59,083 nt of DNA from Gammaproteobacteria bacterium (GTDB lineage Bacteria; Pseudomonadota; Gammaproteobacteria; Pseudomonadales; Azotimanducaceae), in assembly GCA_002725285.1 (NCBI GenBank), contig PBRC01000030.1, positions 22,117 through 81,199 on the forward strand, in the 5' to 3' direction. The position numbers were made by a program, and so were the translations under genes. Shown here piece after piece: positions 44,929 through 54,622 of the stretch. The stretch's first letter is position 1; every line of letters begins with the position of its first letter. The notes under the pieces are model-generated. The model worked only from the letters and a program-made list of their open reading frames with translations, made no database searches and was not told the DNA's origin.

Positions 44929-46191
44929 TCAACGATACTGATCTAGTGCTTTAAGCAGGGCGATGATGTTTTCCACCGGCGTTCTTGCTTGGATATTGTG
45001 GATCGCGTCAAAGACGAAACCACCATCCTTGCTGAAGATCTCACATCGTTCGCTGACTTCATCATAGACTTGATCCGGTGTGCCAAATGGGAGCGTATTC
45101 TGAGTATCCACACCACCACCCCAGAAGACAAGGTCGCTGCCATAGTTGTCCTTGAGCTGCTTTGGATCCATACCAGCGGCTGAACATTGAACCGGATTGA
45201 TAATGTCGAAACCTGATTCGATAAAATGTGGCATAAACATCTCTACAGCGCCGCACGAGTGTTTGAATGTTTTCCAGTCCGTGTTTCTGTGGATCCAGTC
45301 ATTGATTTCCTTGTAATAGGGTGACCAGAGTTCATCAAAAGTCTCCGTGCTGCAGAAACTGCTTGTCTGGGTCCCAAAATCTGTTCCGCAGATAAAAACC
45401 ACATCGACCAGGTTGCCAACCTGTTGCCAGATCTTATCCAGATTGCTGAGCGCTATCTCACATTGCTTTGAATAGATTTCGTGTACATAGCCCTGGCGAA
45501 TCGCGGTCGTGATATACCATTCTTCGATGTCGCGAATTCCCCTTGGATTGACAAGATTGGGGGCTGGCACGAGCGCAATGTCACCAAAAGCGGTCCCGCC
45601 GAAAGTTGCGACAACGGCTTTGCCACTCATGGAAGCCTGTTCCACCTCCTTCTTAAAATGAGCGAGATCAATATCAGAGATCTCACCGAACTCCTCGAGG
45701 TTATCATTGACATCGAGGTTGTCCTCATCGACAGGAGGCTGGCGGATGATGGTATCGAAGAAGAAACCACTTACCGGCAGGCGTCCGCTCGCTTCAGCAG
45801 TCAGGTCACCTTTTGGGTAGATAAAGGTATCACCCTTGTCATCAATCGTGGTCTTGAATTCTGTGGAAACCAGTACTTCCTGGCCCCATGGCGTCCTGTA
45901 TTTCCGCCATTGCTCGTTGGGGAATCCGAACATTGTTTCTCTCGGATAAATACCGACGGTATCAATGCCAATTGCCTCTTTTAGTAACTCATCGACTTCT
46001 CCCAGCATCTGATAAGGCTCAATCACCTTAACTGGATCGTTAGGCAGATCAAAGTGCCGATGCAGGTTCTCGATACAGGACACGTGAATACCGGTGACCG
46101 CAGTACTGCCAAAATCGACAGGTATTGCCGCTCCCTGCTCGTGATTTAGGGCTTGTCTGACTTTTTCTTTTGAATTCATAGCACCATTCAT
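44929..46191 (-). CDS. uroporphyrinogen decarboxylase (URO-D) family protein, MtaA/methyltransferase-like
   Basis: 420 aa. The sequence shows FKHSCGAVEMFMPHFIESGFDIINPVQCSAAGMDP and VFWGGGVDTQNTLPFGTPDQVYDEV, matching the C-terminal half of the URO-D barrel pattern. Confidence 0.7.
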   Translation of the reverse strand: MNGAMNSKEKVRQALNHEQGAAIPVDFGSTAVTGIHVSCIENLHRHFDLPNDPVKVIEPYQMLGEVDELLKEAIGIDTVGIYPRETMFGFPNEQWRKYRTPWGQEVLVSTEFKTTIDDKGDTFIYPKGDLTAEASGRLPVSGFFFDTIIRQPPVDEDNLDVNDNLEEFGEISDIDLAHFKKEVEQASMSGKAVVATFGGTAFGDIALVPAPNLVNPRGIRDIEEWYITTAIRQGYVHEIYSKQCEIALSNLDKIWQQVGNLVDVVFICGTDFGTQTSSFCSTETFDELWSPYYKEINDWIHRNTDWKTFKHSCGAVEMFMPHFIESGFDIINPVQCSAAGMDPKQLKDNYGSDLVFWGGGVDTQNTLPFGTPDQVYDEVSERCEIFSKDGGFVFDAIHNIQARTPVENIIALLKALDQYR

Positions 46192-46395
46192 AGCTTGAGC
46201 TGTTTCGAATATCTCAGAATGTTCCCTGAGTTTACTTCAAATAGTGAATTGACGGGCTATCTCCCACCCGAAGTTCGTCTCCGGCCCCGGATTGTTTAGT
46301 ATCGGTTTCGGCAGAGTCTGCCTGTGCTGTTTTCAGCCCATTCCGATTTGCGCTATGATGGCAGGCCCTCGCCAAAACCAGATTTGAGGAATACT

Positions 46396-48525
46396 ATGAG
46401 CCGCGATCAGCAAGCAGTCCGCACCATACTAGAGGCAGTGAAGTCGGAGGGCAGATCTTCCCTGTCTTCCGATGAGGCACGCGAGCTTTGCCAGGCCTAC
46501 GATATACCGACACCGGGACAGGGGCTTGCTACATCTGCTGATGACGCGGTCTCATTGTCGGATAGCGTTGGATATCCGGTTGTTCTCAAGATCGAGTCTC
46601 CTGACATTCTTCACAAGACAGATGCTGGTGGCGTGATTGTGGGCCTAACGACAGCGGACGAGGTGCGAGATGCGTTCGAGGAGATCTCAGCGAATGCGAA
46701 GGCATATAACGCCAGTGCTTCTATAAGCGGTGTGCAGGTTCAACAGATGTTACCTGCCGCAACAGAAGTTATCGTTGGTGCAGTAACTGATCCGACGTTT
46801 GGCAAACTCACCGCATTTGGGCTTGGCGGTACTTTAGTTGAGGTGCTTGGTGATATGACTTTTCGTCTGGCACCAACGCCTGCAGATCAGGCGATGTCAA
46901 TGCTCGATGACATTTCAGGTGCTGAAGTGCTTGCTGGTATACGTGGTGCCGCGCCCGTAGACCGTTCAGCATTAGCGTCTATTGTCGAAAACGTGGGGGC
47001 GCTGGTCGGCGATTTTCCCGAGATTGATGAACTTGATCTGAATCCTGTGATGGCATCGAGTGAAGGTGCGACGGCGGTTGATGTTCGAATTCTCACTGAT
47101 TTCAATCCCAAACCGGCTCGTTTCAGACCATCCCATGACGATATTCTGAGTGCGATGCAGCGGGTCATGCAACCGGATGGTGTCGCTGTGATCGGGGCGT
47201 CCGCGGAGGATGGAAAGATTGGTAACTCGGTGATGAAGAACCTGATTGACGGGGGATACGAGGGTGAAATCTACCCCATACATCCAAGGGAAGAAGAGAT
47301 ACTGGGTCGTAAATGCCATGCCAGTGTCACCGATGTGAGCGGAAATATCGATATTGCGATCTTCTGCATTCCGGCGCGATTTGTCGCGGGTGTTCTGGCT
47401 GAAGTTGGTCAAAAGGGAATAGCCGGTGCCATTCTGATTCCGTCGGGTTTTGCCGAAGTGGGGGAACATGAATTACAGGAAGAAGTTGTGCAGGCGGCCA
47501 GGGATAACAACGTTCGCCTGATGGGACCGAATATCTACGGCTTTTACTACACCCACAAGAATCTGTGTGCCACATTCTGTACGCCTTACGACGAGAAGGG
47601 CTCAGTGGCATTGTCGTCCCAGAGTGGTGGCGTCGGCATGGCGATCATTGGATTTTCCCGTTCCGCGAAAATGGGCGTCTCGGCGATCGTGGGCCTGGGT
47701 AATAAATCCGATATTGATGAAGATGATCTTCTGGTCTACTTCGAACAGGACCCGAATACGGAAGTTATCGCAATGCATGTGGAAGATCTGAAGGACGGTC
47801 AGGCATTTGCGGAAGTAGCCACCAGGGTATCGAAGACCAAGCCAGTGGTCGTCCTGAAAGCTGGACGCACCAGCATTGGTGCAAAGGCAGCCAATTCCCA
47901 TACGGGTGCCCTGGCGGGCGATGATCGTGTTTATGATTCGATATTGAAACAATCCGGCGTAATACGAGCAAGGAGCCTGAACGATCTGCTGGAATATGCG
48001 CGAGGTCTTTCTGTGCTGCCCACACCAAAAGGTGAGAACATCCTTATTTTAACTGGGGCAGGAGGTTCGGGTGTATTGCTCTCGGATGCCTGTGTCGATA
48101 ATGACCTGACGCTGATGAGCATGCCAGATGACCTGGATGCTGCATTCAAGGAGTTCATTCCTCCTTTTGGTGCATCAGGGAATCCAGTTGATATCACCGG
48201 AGGTGAACCGCCCACCACATATCGGGCAACGATCGAGCTTGCGCTGAATGATGAACGTATTCACTCACTGGTTCTCGGCTACTGGCACACAATTATTACG
48301 CCGCCCATGGTCTTTGCTGAATTATTGTCTGAAGAAGTAGAAGCTGCGCGCAATAAGGGCATCAACAAGCCAGTGGTCGTCTCACTGGTTGGTGATGTGG
48401 AAGTTGAAGAGGCGTGCCGCTATCTTCTGGATCGCGACATCCTTGCCTATCCTTATACGGCTGAAAAACCAGTGGCGGTCCTGGGGGCGAAATACAGATG
48501 GGCCAGATCTGCCGGGCTATTGTAG
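46396..48525 (+). CDS. ADP-forming acyl-CoA synthetase (acetate--CoA ligase family) with ATP-grasp domain N-terminal to the CoA-binding/ligase domains
   Basis: The N-terminal ATP-grasp is GYPVVLKIESPDILHKTDAGGVIVGL. The CoA-binding domain VAVIGASAEDGKIGNSV..IAIFCIPA follows, and the phospho-His loop NSHTGALAGDD is present. GAGGAA precedes ATG 46396. Confidence 0.8.
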   Translation: MSRDQQAVRTILEAVKSEGRSSLSSDEARELCQAYDIPTPGQGLATSADDAVSLSDSVGYPVVLKIESPDILHKTDAGGVIVGLTTADEVRDAFEEISANAKAYNASASISGVQVQQMLPAATEVIVGAVTDPTFGKLTAFGLGGTLVEVLGDMTFRLAPTPADQAMSMLDDISGAEVLAGIRGAAPVDRSALASIVENVGALVGDFPEIDELDLNPVMASSEGATAVDVRILTDFNPKPARFRPSHDDILSAMQRVMQPDGVAVIGASAEDGKIGNSVMKNLIDGGYEGEIYPIHPREEEILGRKCHASVTDVSGNIDIAIFCIPARFVAGVLAEVGQKGIAGAILIPSGFAEVGEHELQEEVVQAARDNNVRLMGPNIYGFYYTHKNLCATFCTPYDEKGSVALSSQSGGVGMAIIGFSRSAKMGVSAIVGLGNKSDIDEDDLLVYFEQDPNTEVIAMHVEDLKDGQAFAEVATRVSKTKPVVVLKAGRTSIGAKAANSHTGALAGDDRVYDSILKQSGVIRARSLNDLLEYARGLSVLPTPKGENILILTGAGGSGVLLSDACVDNDLTLMSMPDDLDAAFKEFIPPFGASGNPVDITGGEPPTTYRATIELALNDERIHSLVLGYWHTIITPPMVFAELLSEEVEAARNKGINKPVVVSLVGDVEVEEACRYLLDRDILAYPYTAEKPVAVLGAKYRWARSAGLL

Positions 48526-48629
48526 TCCTTGCAGTGTGTCTGTCCCTGGAAGGAGATAATGTAAGTGATTTCTGATCCTGATATAGCTGGTGGCTCTTTT
48601 TAGGAATTCGGAATTCAATGGAGAGAAGT

Positions 48630-50006
48630 ATGGCAGAAGCAGAACACCCCCTGATAGAAGCATTTCGCGAGTTCAGTCCTCAGTCGGCGATCGTCGCAGA
48701 TAGAGCTCGGAAAGTATTTCCAGGCGGGGATACGAGAGCAAGTGCCCACTACAGTCCATATCCACTTACCATGAAGAAAGCAGAAGGTTGCATACTGACT
48801 GATATTGATGGGAATGAGATTCTGGATTGCATGAATAATTTCACTTCCCTGATTCACGGCCATGCTCATCCGGATATTGTTGACGCGGTATCTCGACAGG
48901 CTGCCCTTGGCTCAGCTTACGCTGCGCCCAGCATGAATCAGATTGAACTGGCTGAGCTAATCACCGAACGGGTCTCATCCATTGATAAAATGAGGTTCTG
49001 CAGTTCCGGTACTGAAGGCACACTGATGGCGTTGAGGTGCGCACGAGCAGCGACCGGACGTCAAAAGATCATGAAGATGGAAGGCGGATATCACGGCAGC
49101 TATGAATTAGCAGAGGTATCATTAGTTCCATTACCAGATCAACGCGGTGATCTTGAAGCCCCCAATTCACTGGCGGTCGATGGTAGTTTTCCCGATAGCG
49201 TGTTGAACGATACAGTGATCTGTCCTTATAACGAACCTGCTATGGCAAAGAAGCTGATTGGACAACATGCTGACGATCTGGCGGCAGTCATTGTCGAGCC
49301 GATACTTGGTTCCATGGGTATGGTTTCTGCCACTACGGAGTTCCTGAATACGCTAAGAGAAGAGACACTGAAGCACGGTATCGTTCTGATATTTGATGAG
49401 GTGATTACGCTGCGGGTCGATATGGGTGGTGCACAAAAGGTGCATGGTATCGAACCTGACCTTAGTAGCATGGGAAAGATTATTGGCGGCGGATTACCTG
49501 TTGGTGGTGTGGGTGGCAAGGATGAATTGATGCAGCTCTTCAGCCCTGATAGCGCCCACCCCGTAATGCATGCCAGTACCTTTTCTGGAAACGCGCTAAC
49601 CATGGCGGCAGGATTTGCAGCGATGAACGCATACTCCAGCAGTGAATGCGCCCGCATCAACGAAATGGCAGATCGTTTGCGAAAAGGATTTACCAGGGCG
49701 TTTGAACAGGCAGGAATCAAGGGACAGGTGACGGGCATGGGATCTCTCTCGAATCTGCATTTTACCGATGAACCGATCCATGATGCTCGTGATTCCTTGA
49801 CCGGAATGATTGCTGCCGGCCATGTTTCTAGATTGCTGCACCTGACGATGATTCGTCACGGTGTCATGTTGGCCAGTCGCCTGATGTGCTGTGTCAGCAC
49901 TGCGATGACTGATGAACATATCGAACGGGCTATCACGGCATTGAATGAATCCCTCGCTGAAATACGTCCTTTTATTGAGAATGAACGTCCTGCACTGATG
50001 CGCTGA
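48630..50006 (+). CDS. class-III pyridoxal-phosphate aminotransferase (glutamate-1-semialdehyde aminomutase-like)
   Basis: The sequence shows FTSLIHGHAHP, FCSSGTEGTLMALRCARA, LIFDEVITLR and SSMGKIIGGGLPVGG (the PLP Lys context). GGAGAG precedes ATG 48630. Confidence 0.85.
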   Translation: MAEAEHPLIEAFREFSPQSAIVADRARKVFPGGDTRASAHYSPYPLTMKKAEGCILTDIDGNEILDCMNNFTSLIHGHAHPDIVDAVSRQAALGSAYAAPSMNQIELAELITERVSSIDKMRFCSSGTEGTLMALRCARAATGRQKIMKMEGGYHGSYELAEVSLVPLPDQRGDLEAPNSLAVDGSFPDSVLNDTVICPYNEPAMAKKLIGQHADDLAAVIVEPILGSMGMVSATTEFLNTLREETLKHGIVLIFDEVITLRVDMGGAQKVHGIEPDLSSMGKIIGGGLPVGGVGGKDELMQLFSPDSAHPVMHASTFSGNALTMAAGFAAMNAYSSSECARINEMADRLRKGFTRAFEQAGIKGQVTGMGSLSNLHFTDEPIHDARDSLTGMIAAGHVSRLLHLTMIRHGVMLASRLMCCVSTAMTDEHIERAITALNESLAEIRPFIENERPALMR

Positions 50007-50050
50007 GATCGGGTGTCTTGACATGGGATAAACAGACAAAGGAAGTATCA

Positions 50051-52264
50051 ATGACTCGTATTATTCCGGAAGCAGAAGCACCACTTGAAATATGCTGGGA
50101 TAAGGTAGGTGTGCCACATATCTTTGCCGGTTCTGTAGAAGATGCGTTTCGTGGTATGGGTTATGCCTGTGCGAGCGAACGGCTATGGCAACTTCATCTC
50201 AGCAACCTCTATGCTACCGGAACAGCCTCAAGTGCGCTGGGAGAAAAGTTCGTTGTTCAGGATCTGCTGCATAAGGCTTTTAGTGTACCGGCTTATGATA
50301 TCCCGGATTCTCCGGGCGACTACATCGTTGACGCGTATCTGCAGGGTGTAAATGCCTACATCGCGGGTCTTGATGAGGTACCACCGGAATTTCTGAAAGC
50401 AGGAACCGAACCAAGAATAGTAACCCGCCAGGACGTTGCGTCAAGGTACCGCTTCACCGGCTGGTTTCAGCACAAGAGCTGGATGGAAAAGATCTACGTC
50501 GGCAAGCTGATGGCGGAATACGGTGTGGATTGGTTTAAGAATAACATCCGGCGCTTTTCACTCGAGGATGCAAACTGTATTGAAACCCTGAAGGAGGAAC
50601 TGCGCGGCCTCGATGTCAATGTTGCTCGATTGCTGTTTCCTCTGGTACCAGAACTTGCGCAAGGTTCGAGTGGCAGTAACAACTGGGCAATCGCTGCTGA
50701 ACTGTCTGCCTCAGGCTACCCCATGCTGGCAACGGACCCTCATCAGCCATTCGGTATCCCTGGTGTTTTCTTCTGCTCTCACCTGAGTGCACCAGGCTTC
50801 GACGCATTTGGGGCGAGTTTCCCGGGCGTACCTTATTTTATGATGGGTTTTAATCAGGATCTCTCCTGGGGACTGACAACCGGATACATTGATACTTACG
50901 ATGTATTTATCGAGCGGGAGGTGCCGGAAGTCTCACGGAATTACGAGGTTGATGTTGCCAATGAGTCTGCAAGAAAGTTCGATATCCTTGAGTCTCGCCA
51001 CGGCCCAATTCTTGAATCCCTGTCTGACGCGTTGGGAATTACAACTCCATCTGACCGGCTCTCTGTGACCTCACTGGATTGGGTAATGCGAGACAAGCCA
51101 ACATCAGCAGGAGCGCTGGCTCTCTTGCCACTTGCCAAAACCAGCGAGGAATTCGGGGAATATCTTTTCGAAGACGATCTCTGTCCTCTAGTGAATAATA
51201 TTATCTGTGTGGACCGAAACAACGATCTGCGACGGTTTATTGCTGCAACGATTCGAAAACGAAAAGGTGTCACTGGAATTGTACCTATGATCGGGTGGAA
51301 AGATGAATACTACTTCGAAACCAGTCAGGCAGAAGAACTGCTGGTAGAACACAATCCTGAATCTGGTTACGCGCTTACCGCCAACAACGACACGATGGGT
51401 GATCGTGGAGACTACCCGATCCATAATTTCTCAGCGCCCGGCGCAAGAGCCAAACGAATCGAGCAGCTGTTGGTCGAAGGAAAATCGGGATTCACGATTG
51501 ATGATTTTACCTCCATGCAATTAGATCTGGTGGATGTTCGCGCGCAGGATCTGGTGCCGGATATCGTTTCTGCTCTGACAGATGAGAGTGAAGAAGTGCA
51601 GTTCGCGAAAAAACTGCTCTCGGACTGGGACTGCATTCCCGCTACAGAATCAAGAGCAGCCTGCGTCTTTTATCCATTACTCGACAAGCGCTGGCATCTG
51701 AGGTTTATGCAGGAGGTCCTGGGCAAAGACGTCCTCTTCAGAACCATGTGGTTTGTTGCACCCAGTCTGAATCGATTCAGCATTCAAGACTTTATGCATC
51801 CGGATTCACCCTGGCTCGAGCACAAAAAGACGCTGGAAAAGATTATCTGTGAGAATGTGAAGGAGGTTGTCAGGTGGCTGCGCAGCAACCATGGTGATGA
51901 TTGGAACTGGGGTATGTTTCACAAGATCAGTTTCAGAAACTCACTGGCGAAACACGAAACCTGGAAGCATATGCGGCTTGGTCCGGATCCAATCGGTGGC
52001 AGTCCCACCACGCTGGCAATGGCGGCGCATAATCCACCTCAGGCTGGATCCATTGAGCAGGACGTATTTGTCGGACCGGCGTTTCGCTGGGTTGTGGACC
52101 TGGCTGATCCCATGCATTTCAAGTTCGTGATTGCCGGAGGTAACGGCGGAAGGCACGATAGTGAGTTTCTCACGAACAATTACAAACACTGGCTTGATGG
52201 GAAATATTTTGACATGACGCTGGTGAAACAAGAGTTGGATATTGAAAAGCAATGGAATTTCTAG
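50051..52264 (+). CDS. penicillin-acylase family Ntn-hydrolase without a recognisable signal peptide
   Basis: The sequence shows VPHIFAGSVEDAFRGMGYACASERLWQL and GSSG-SNNWAIAAELSASG, the nucleophile Ser context after the spacer. AAGGAAG lies 7 nt upstream of ATG 50051. Confidence 0.8.
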   Translation: MTRIIPEAEAPLEICWDKVGVPHIFAGSVEDAFRGMGYACASERLWQLHLSNLYATGTASSALGEKFVVQDLLHKAFSVPAYDIPDSPGDYIVDAYLQGVNAYIAGLDEVPPEFLKAGTEPRIVTRQDVASRYRFTGWFQHKSWMEKIYVGKLMAEYGVDWFKNNIRRFSLEDANCIETLKEELRGLDVNVARLLFPLVPELAQGSSGSNNWAIAAELSASGYPMLATDPHQPFGIPGVFFCSHLSAPGFDAFGASFPGVPYFMMGFNQDLSWGLTTGYIDTYDVFIEREVPEVSRNYEVDVANESARKFDILESRHGPILESLSDALGITTPSDRLSVTSLDWVMRDKPTSAGALALLPLAKTSEEFGEYLFEDDLCPLVNNIICVDRNNDLRRFIAATIRKRKGVTGIVPMIGWKDEYYFETSQAEELLVEHNPESGYALTANNDTMGDRGDYPIHNFSAPGARAKRIEQLLVEGKSGFTIDDFTSMQLDLVDVRAQDLVPDIVSALTDESEEVQFAKKLLSDWDCIPATESRAACVFYPLLDKRWHLRFMQEVLGKDVLFRTMWFVAPSLNRFSIQDFMHPDSPWLEHKKTLEKIICENVKEVVRWLRSNHGDDWNWGMFHKISFRNSLAKHETWKHMRLGPDPIGGSPTTLAMAAHNPPQAGSIEQDVFVGPAFRWVVDLADPMHFKFVIAGGNGGRHDSEFLTNNYKHWLDGKYFDMTLVKQELDIEKQWNF

Positions 52265-52383
52265 ATCAGCGGATTATTTACATTCTCGTCAGGGGATCTT
52301 GTGAGGACTGAGAGGGTGTACGATTCCAACCAAATTCAATCTGCTGTGATGAACCGGAGACGACCCTGAAAAGTTTCTTTGTA

Positions 52384-52656
52384 TTATTTCTGTTGTTGAT
52401 CAGCGCATGCAGCCTGAATTCCGACGTGGTTAAAGTGAGGACAGTAGAAGACATTCGTTTCGCCGATCAACTGTGGAATATGATGGATGCTGAAAGACTG
52501 GTTGGTGAAGACGAAGTTGGCTTTTCCCATGGCCTCCCACAATTTCTGGGGATACTTGATATCAGCTGACTCTCCGAAGGGAGCTGCATAAATCGATGTG
52601 GATATGAGTATCACCAGGACAGTCAGGCTGGTCATGCTACGGATTAAGATTTTCAT
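52384..52656 (-). CDS. hypothetical small secreted protein
   Basis: 90 aa with a signal-peptide-like N-terminus MKILIRSMTSLTVLVILISTSIYAAP. I recognised no family. Confidence 0.4.
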   Translation of the reverse strand: MKILIRSMTSLTVLVILISTSIYAAPFGESADIKYPQKLWEAMGKANFVFTNQSFSIHHIPQLIGETNVFYCPHFNHVGIQAACADQQQK

Positions 52657-52985
52657 TCAATGTCCTCTGTTTCCGGGGTTTACTCATATAAGAGTCTTGG
52701 CAAATCACTCTCGTTGTAGTCACCTATAGTGACTGAGTAAATGGCCGGTTTATTAAAATGCTTTCCCGATTTGTTGTTTACACTGATTCGTCAATCGTCG
52801 AGAGAGTCCCTCATGCTGGCGACGGGACGCCACTATCTGATGAAATAAGTGTGGAGGATAAATACGCTGGGTCGCGGAAACACAATAACTCAGGCACAAT
52901 CGGTTCTATATCAGTTTTGTATTTAAGAGTGTGCAAACTGAATCCACTCTTCAACAATCGGGGAAAGATCTGATGCTATCCCCAA

Positions 52986-53861
52986 ATGAAATTAATGGTG
53001 AATGCAATGTTATCCAGAGTAGACAGAGTTCAAGTCAGTACTCGTGATCCCGATACAGTCGCAGACAGCTGGGTCAGGTTATTGGATGCACGGGAAGTCG
53101 GAAGAGACACTATTGCTGCACTGTCAGCGAAGCGAATAACGCTTGATGTGGGTAACTGTCAGATAGAGGTTCTTTCTCCTGATGGTGAGGGAATTGTGCA
53201 GTCGCATCTCGCATCCAATCCGGGTGGTCCTTTCGCCGCTGGTTTTGCCACTCAGGATTTGAGTGCCGTCAAAACCCGGCTGAAGGAAGAGCAAGTAGAC
53301 TTTCAGGAAGAAACCGGGCAGGTCCTTATTGAGCCCGATGTACTGGGGATTGCCGGCTTAAGACTGGTGATTTCACAGGATGAAGAGAGAGAACGTCAGG
53401 GCGTTCTGCAAAACCTCTATGAAGTGACTCACCTCACCGTAGAAGTACAGGCAGCTGCAGATGACTTCGCCAGAATTTTCAAGCTGGATTCGAAACACTT
53501 TGTACCAATCAATTCAGAAAACTATGGCTATGATGGGTATCTGACACTGGTAAATCCGGCTGAACTGGACCGTATTGAAACCATTAACCCCTACGATCTG
53601 GATAAGACCATGGGTCGGTTTTACTCGAAATTTGGCGCTTCATTATATATGTGTTACGGGGAATGTGATGATCTGCCTTCTCTTCGAAACCGATTACAGG
53701 AGCTGGTTCCTAACGATTGGACAGGAGACCGGGAAGGTCCCCTGGACGGACTGTTCATTCATCCCAAAGCATTGGGTGGTGTGATGCTCGGTGTCAGTCG
53801 CACAACCTTCGCCTGGTCCTGGTCCGGAAGTCCTGAGCGCATCCAGCCAAACGACAAATAG
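52986..53861 (+). CDS. VOC-like protein with two glyoxalase-type halves
   Basis: VDRVQVSTRDPDTVADSWVRLLDA and a second half YEVTHLTVEVQAAADDFARIFKLD show the repeated VOC N-terminal pattern. The start is uncertain, as several ATGs lie between 52986 and 53010. Confidence 0.45.
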   Translation: MKLMVNAMLSRVDRVQVSTRDPDTVADSWVRLLDAREVGRDTIAALSAKRITLDVGNCQIEVLSPDGEGIVQSHLASNPGGPFAAGFATQDLSAVKTRLKEEQVDFQEETGQVLIEPDVLGIAGLRLVISQDEERERQGVLQNLYEVTHLTVEVQAAADDFARIFKLDSKHFVPINSENYGYDGYLTLVNPAELDRIETINPYDLDKTMGRFYSKFGASLYMCYGECDDLPSLRNRLQELVPNDWTGDREGPLDGLFIHPKALGGVMLGVSRTTFAWSWSGSPERIQPNDK

Positions 53862-53966
53862 TAGGTGCTTGTTTTGGGACATTGCAGTTATATTTAGAGA
53901 AAAGCGATGCTCGTATTCAGGTCGGTCATCCAGGTACTTGTATTAGGTTTTGCACTCCGGTAGTGA

Positions 53967-54006
53967 TCGTCTCAAGACCCGGTGTCTGTTGAGACGACGA
54001 ATTTTG
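53967..54006 (+). terminator. stem-loop with a short T-run downstream of the VOC-like gene
   Basis: TCGTCTCAA-13 nt-TTGAGACGA has perfect 9-bp arms and is followed by CGAATTTT. Confidence 0.35.
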
Positions 54007-54077
54007 GCCACCGAAAAGAGTTCGTGAAGGCGCGCGATCAATACCAACTTCGATTGTAAATAAACGGGGATTTGAAT

Positions 54078-54479
54078 ATGAGTTTATATGGTGTCACCAA
54101 AGGGACCGATCTTGAAAAGGATATCGAGCATATCATGCACCTGGAGGAAAACGGGGTATCTACCTACTACGCGATTGCAAGGATAGCGGCAGAGAAGGGG
54201 TTGAATGATCTGGCTGACGAGTTAAGAAAAATAGCGGCAGACGAAGCCGAACATGCCGGTCTTTACGCCATGATGAATGGCGTGGTCAGTGATGATATTT
54301 TTTCCCTGCTCAGCAGAATGGCGGAGGGCGAAACCGCCGGAGAAAAAGCCATTGAAGGATTTGCCCAGAGGGTGAGTGAAGCGGGATTGGAAGATGCAGC
54401 ACAGGCTATCCGGGCTGCCGGGGTTGATGAAGGTAGGCACGGGACTAGATTGAAAGAGCTGATCGAAAAGTACTCCTGA
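54078..54479 (+). CDS. ferritin-like / rubrerythrin-family diiron protein
   Basis: Paired ExxH motifs are present (ADEAEHAGLY and VDEGRHGTRL) in four-helix-bundle-like sequence. GGGGA lies 7 nt upstream of ATG 54078. Confidence 0.65.
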   Translation: MSLYGVTKGTDLEKDIEHIMHLEENGVSTYYAIARIAAEKGLNDLADELRKIAADEAEHAGLYAMMNGVVSDDIFSLLSRMAEGETAGEKAIEGFAQRVSEAGLEDAAQAIRAAGVDEGRHGTRLKELIEKYS

Positions 54480-54503
54480 TCTTATTTCACACCCGGGATC
54501 TGT

Positions 54504-54539
54504 CTGACTTAAACAGTTTCTGATCTCCTAAACTGTCAG
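54504..54539. terminator. bulged hairpin between convergent genes
   Basis: CTGAC-ttaaa-CAGTTT ... AAACTGTCAG forms a 7-bp stem plus a 4 to 5-bp stem with a bulge. There is no clear U-tract. Confidence 0.25.
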
Positions 54540-54622
54540 AAGCACGTAAGCCATAACGCTAAAGTAGCAGAGCACCTTGTAATCAACGGACATCGCCGTG
54601 CAGTAAGGTTCTGTTACCTGGC

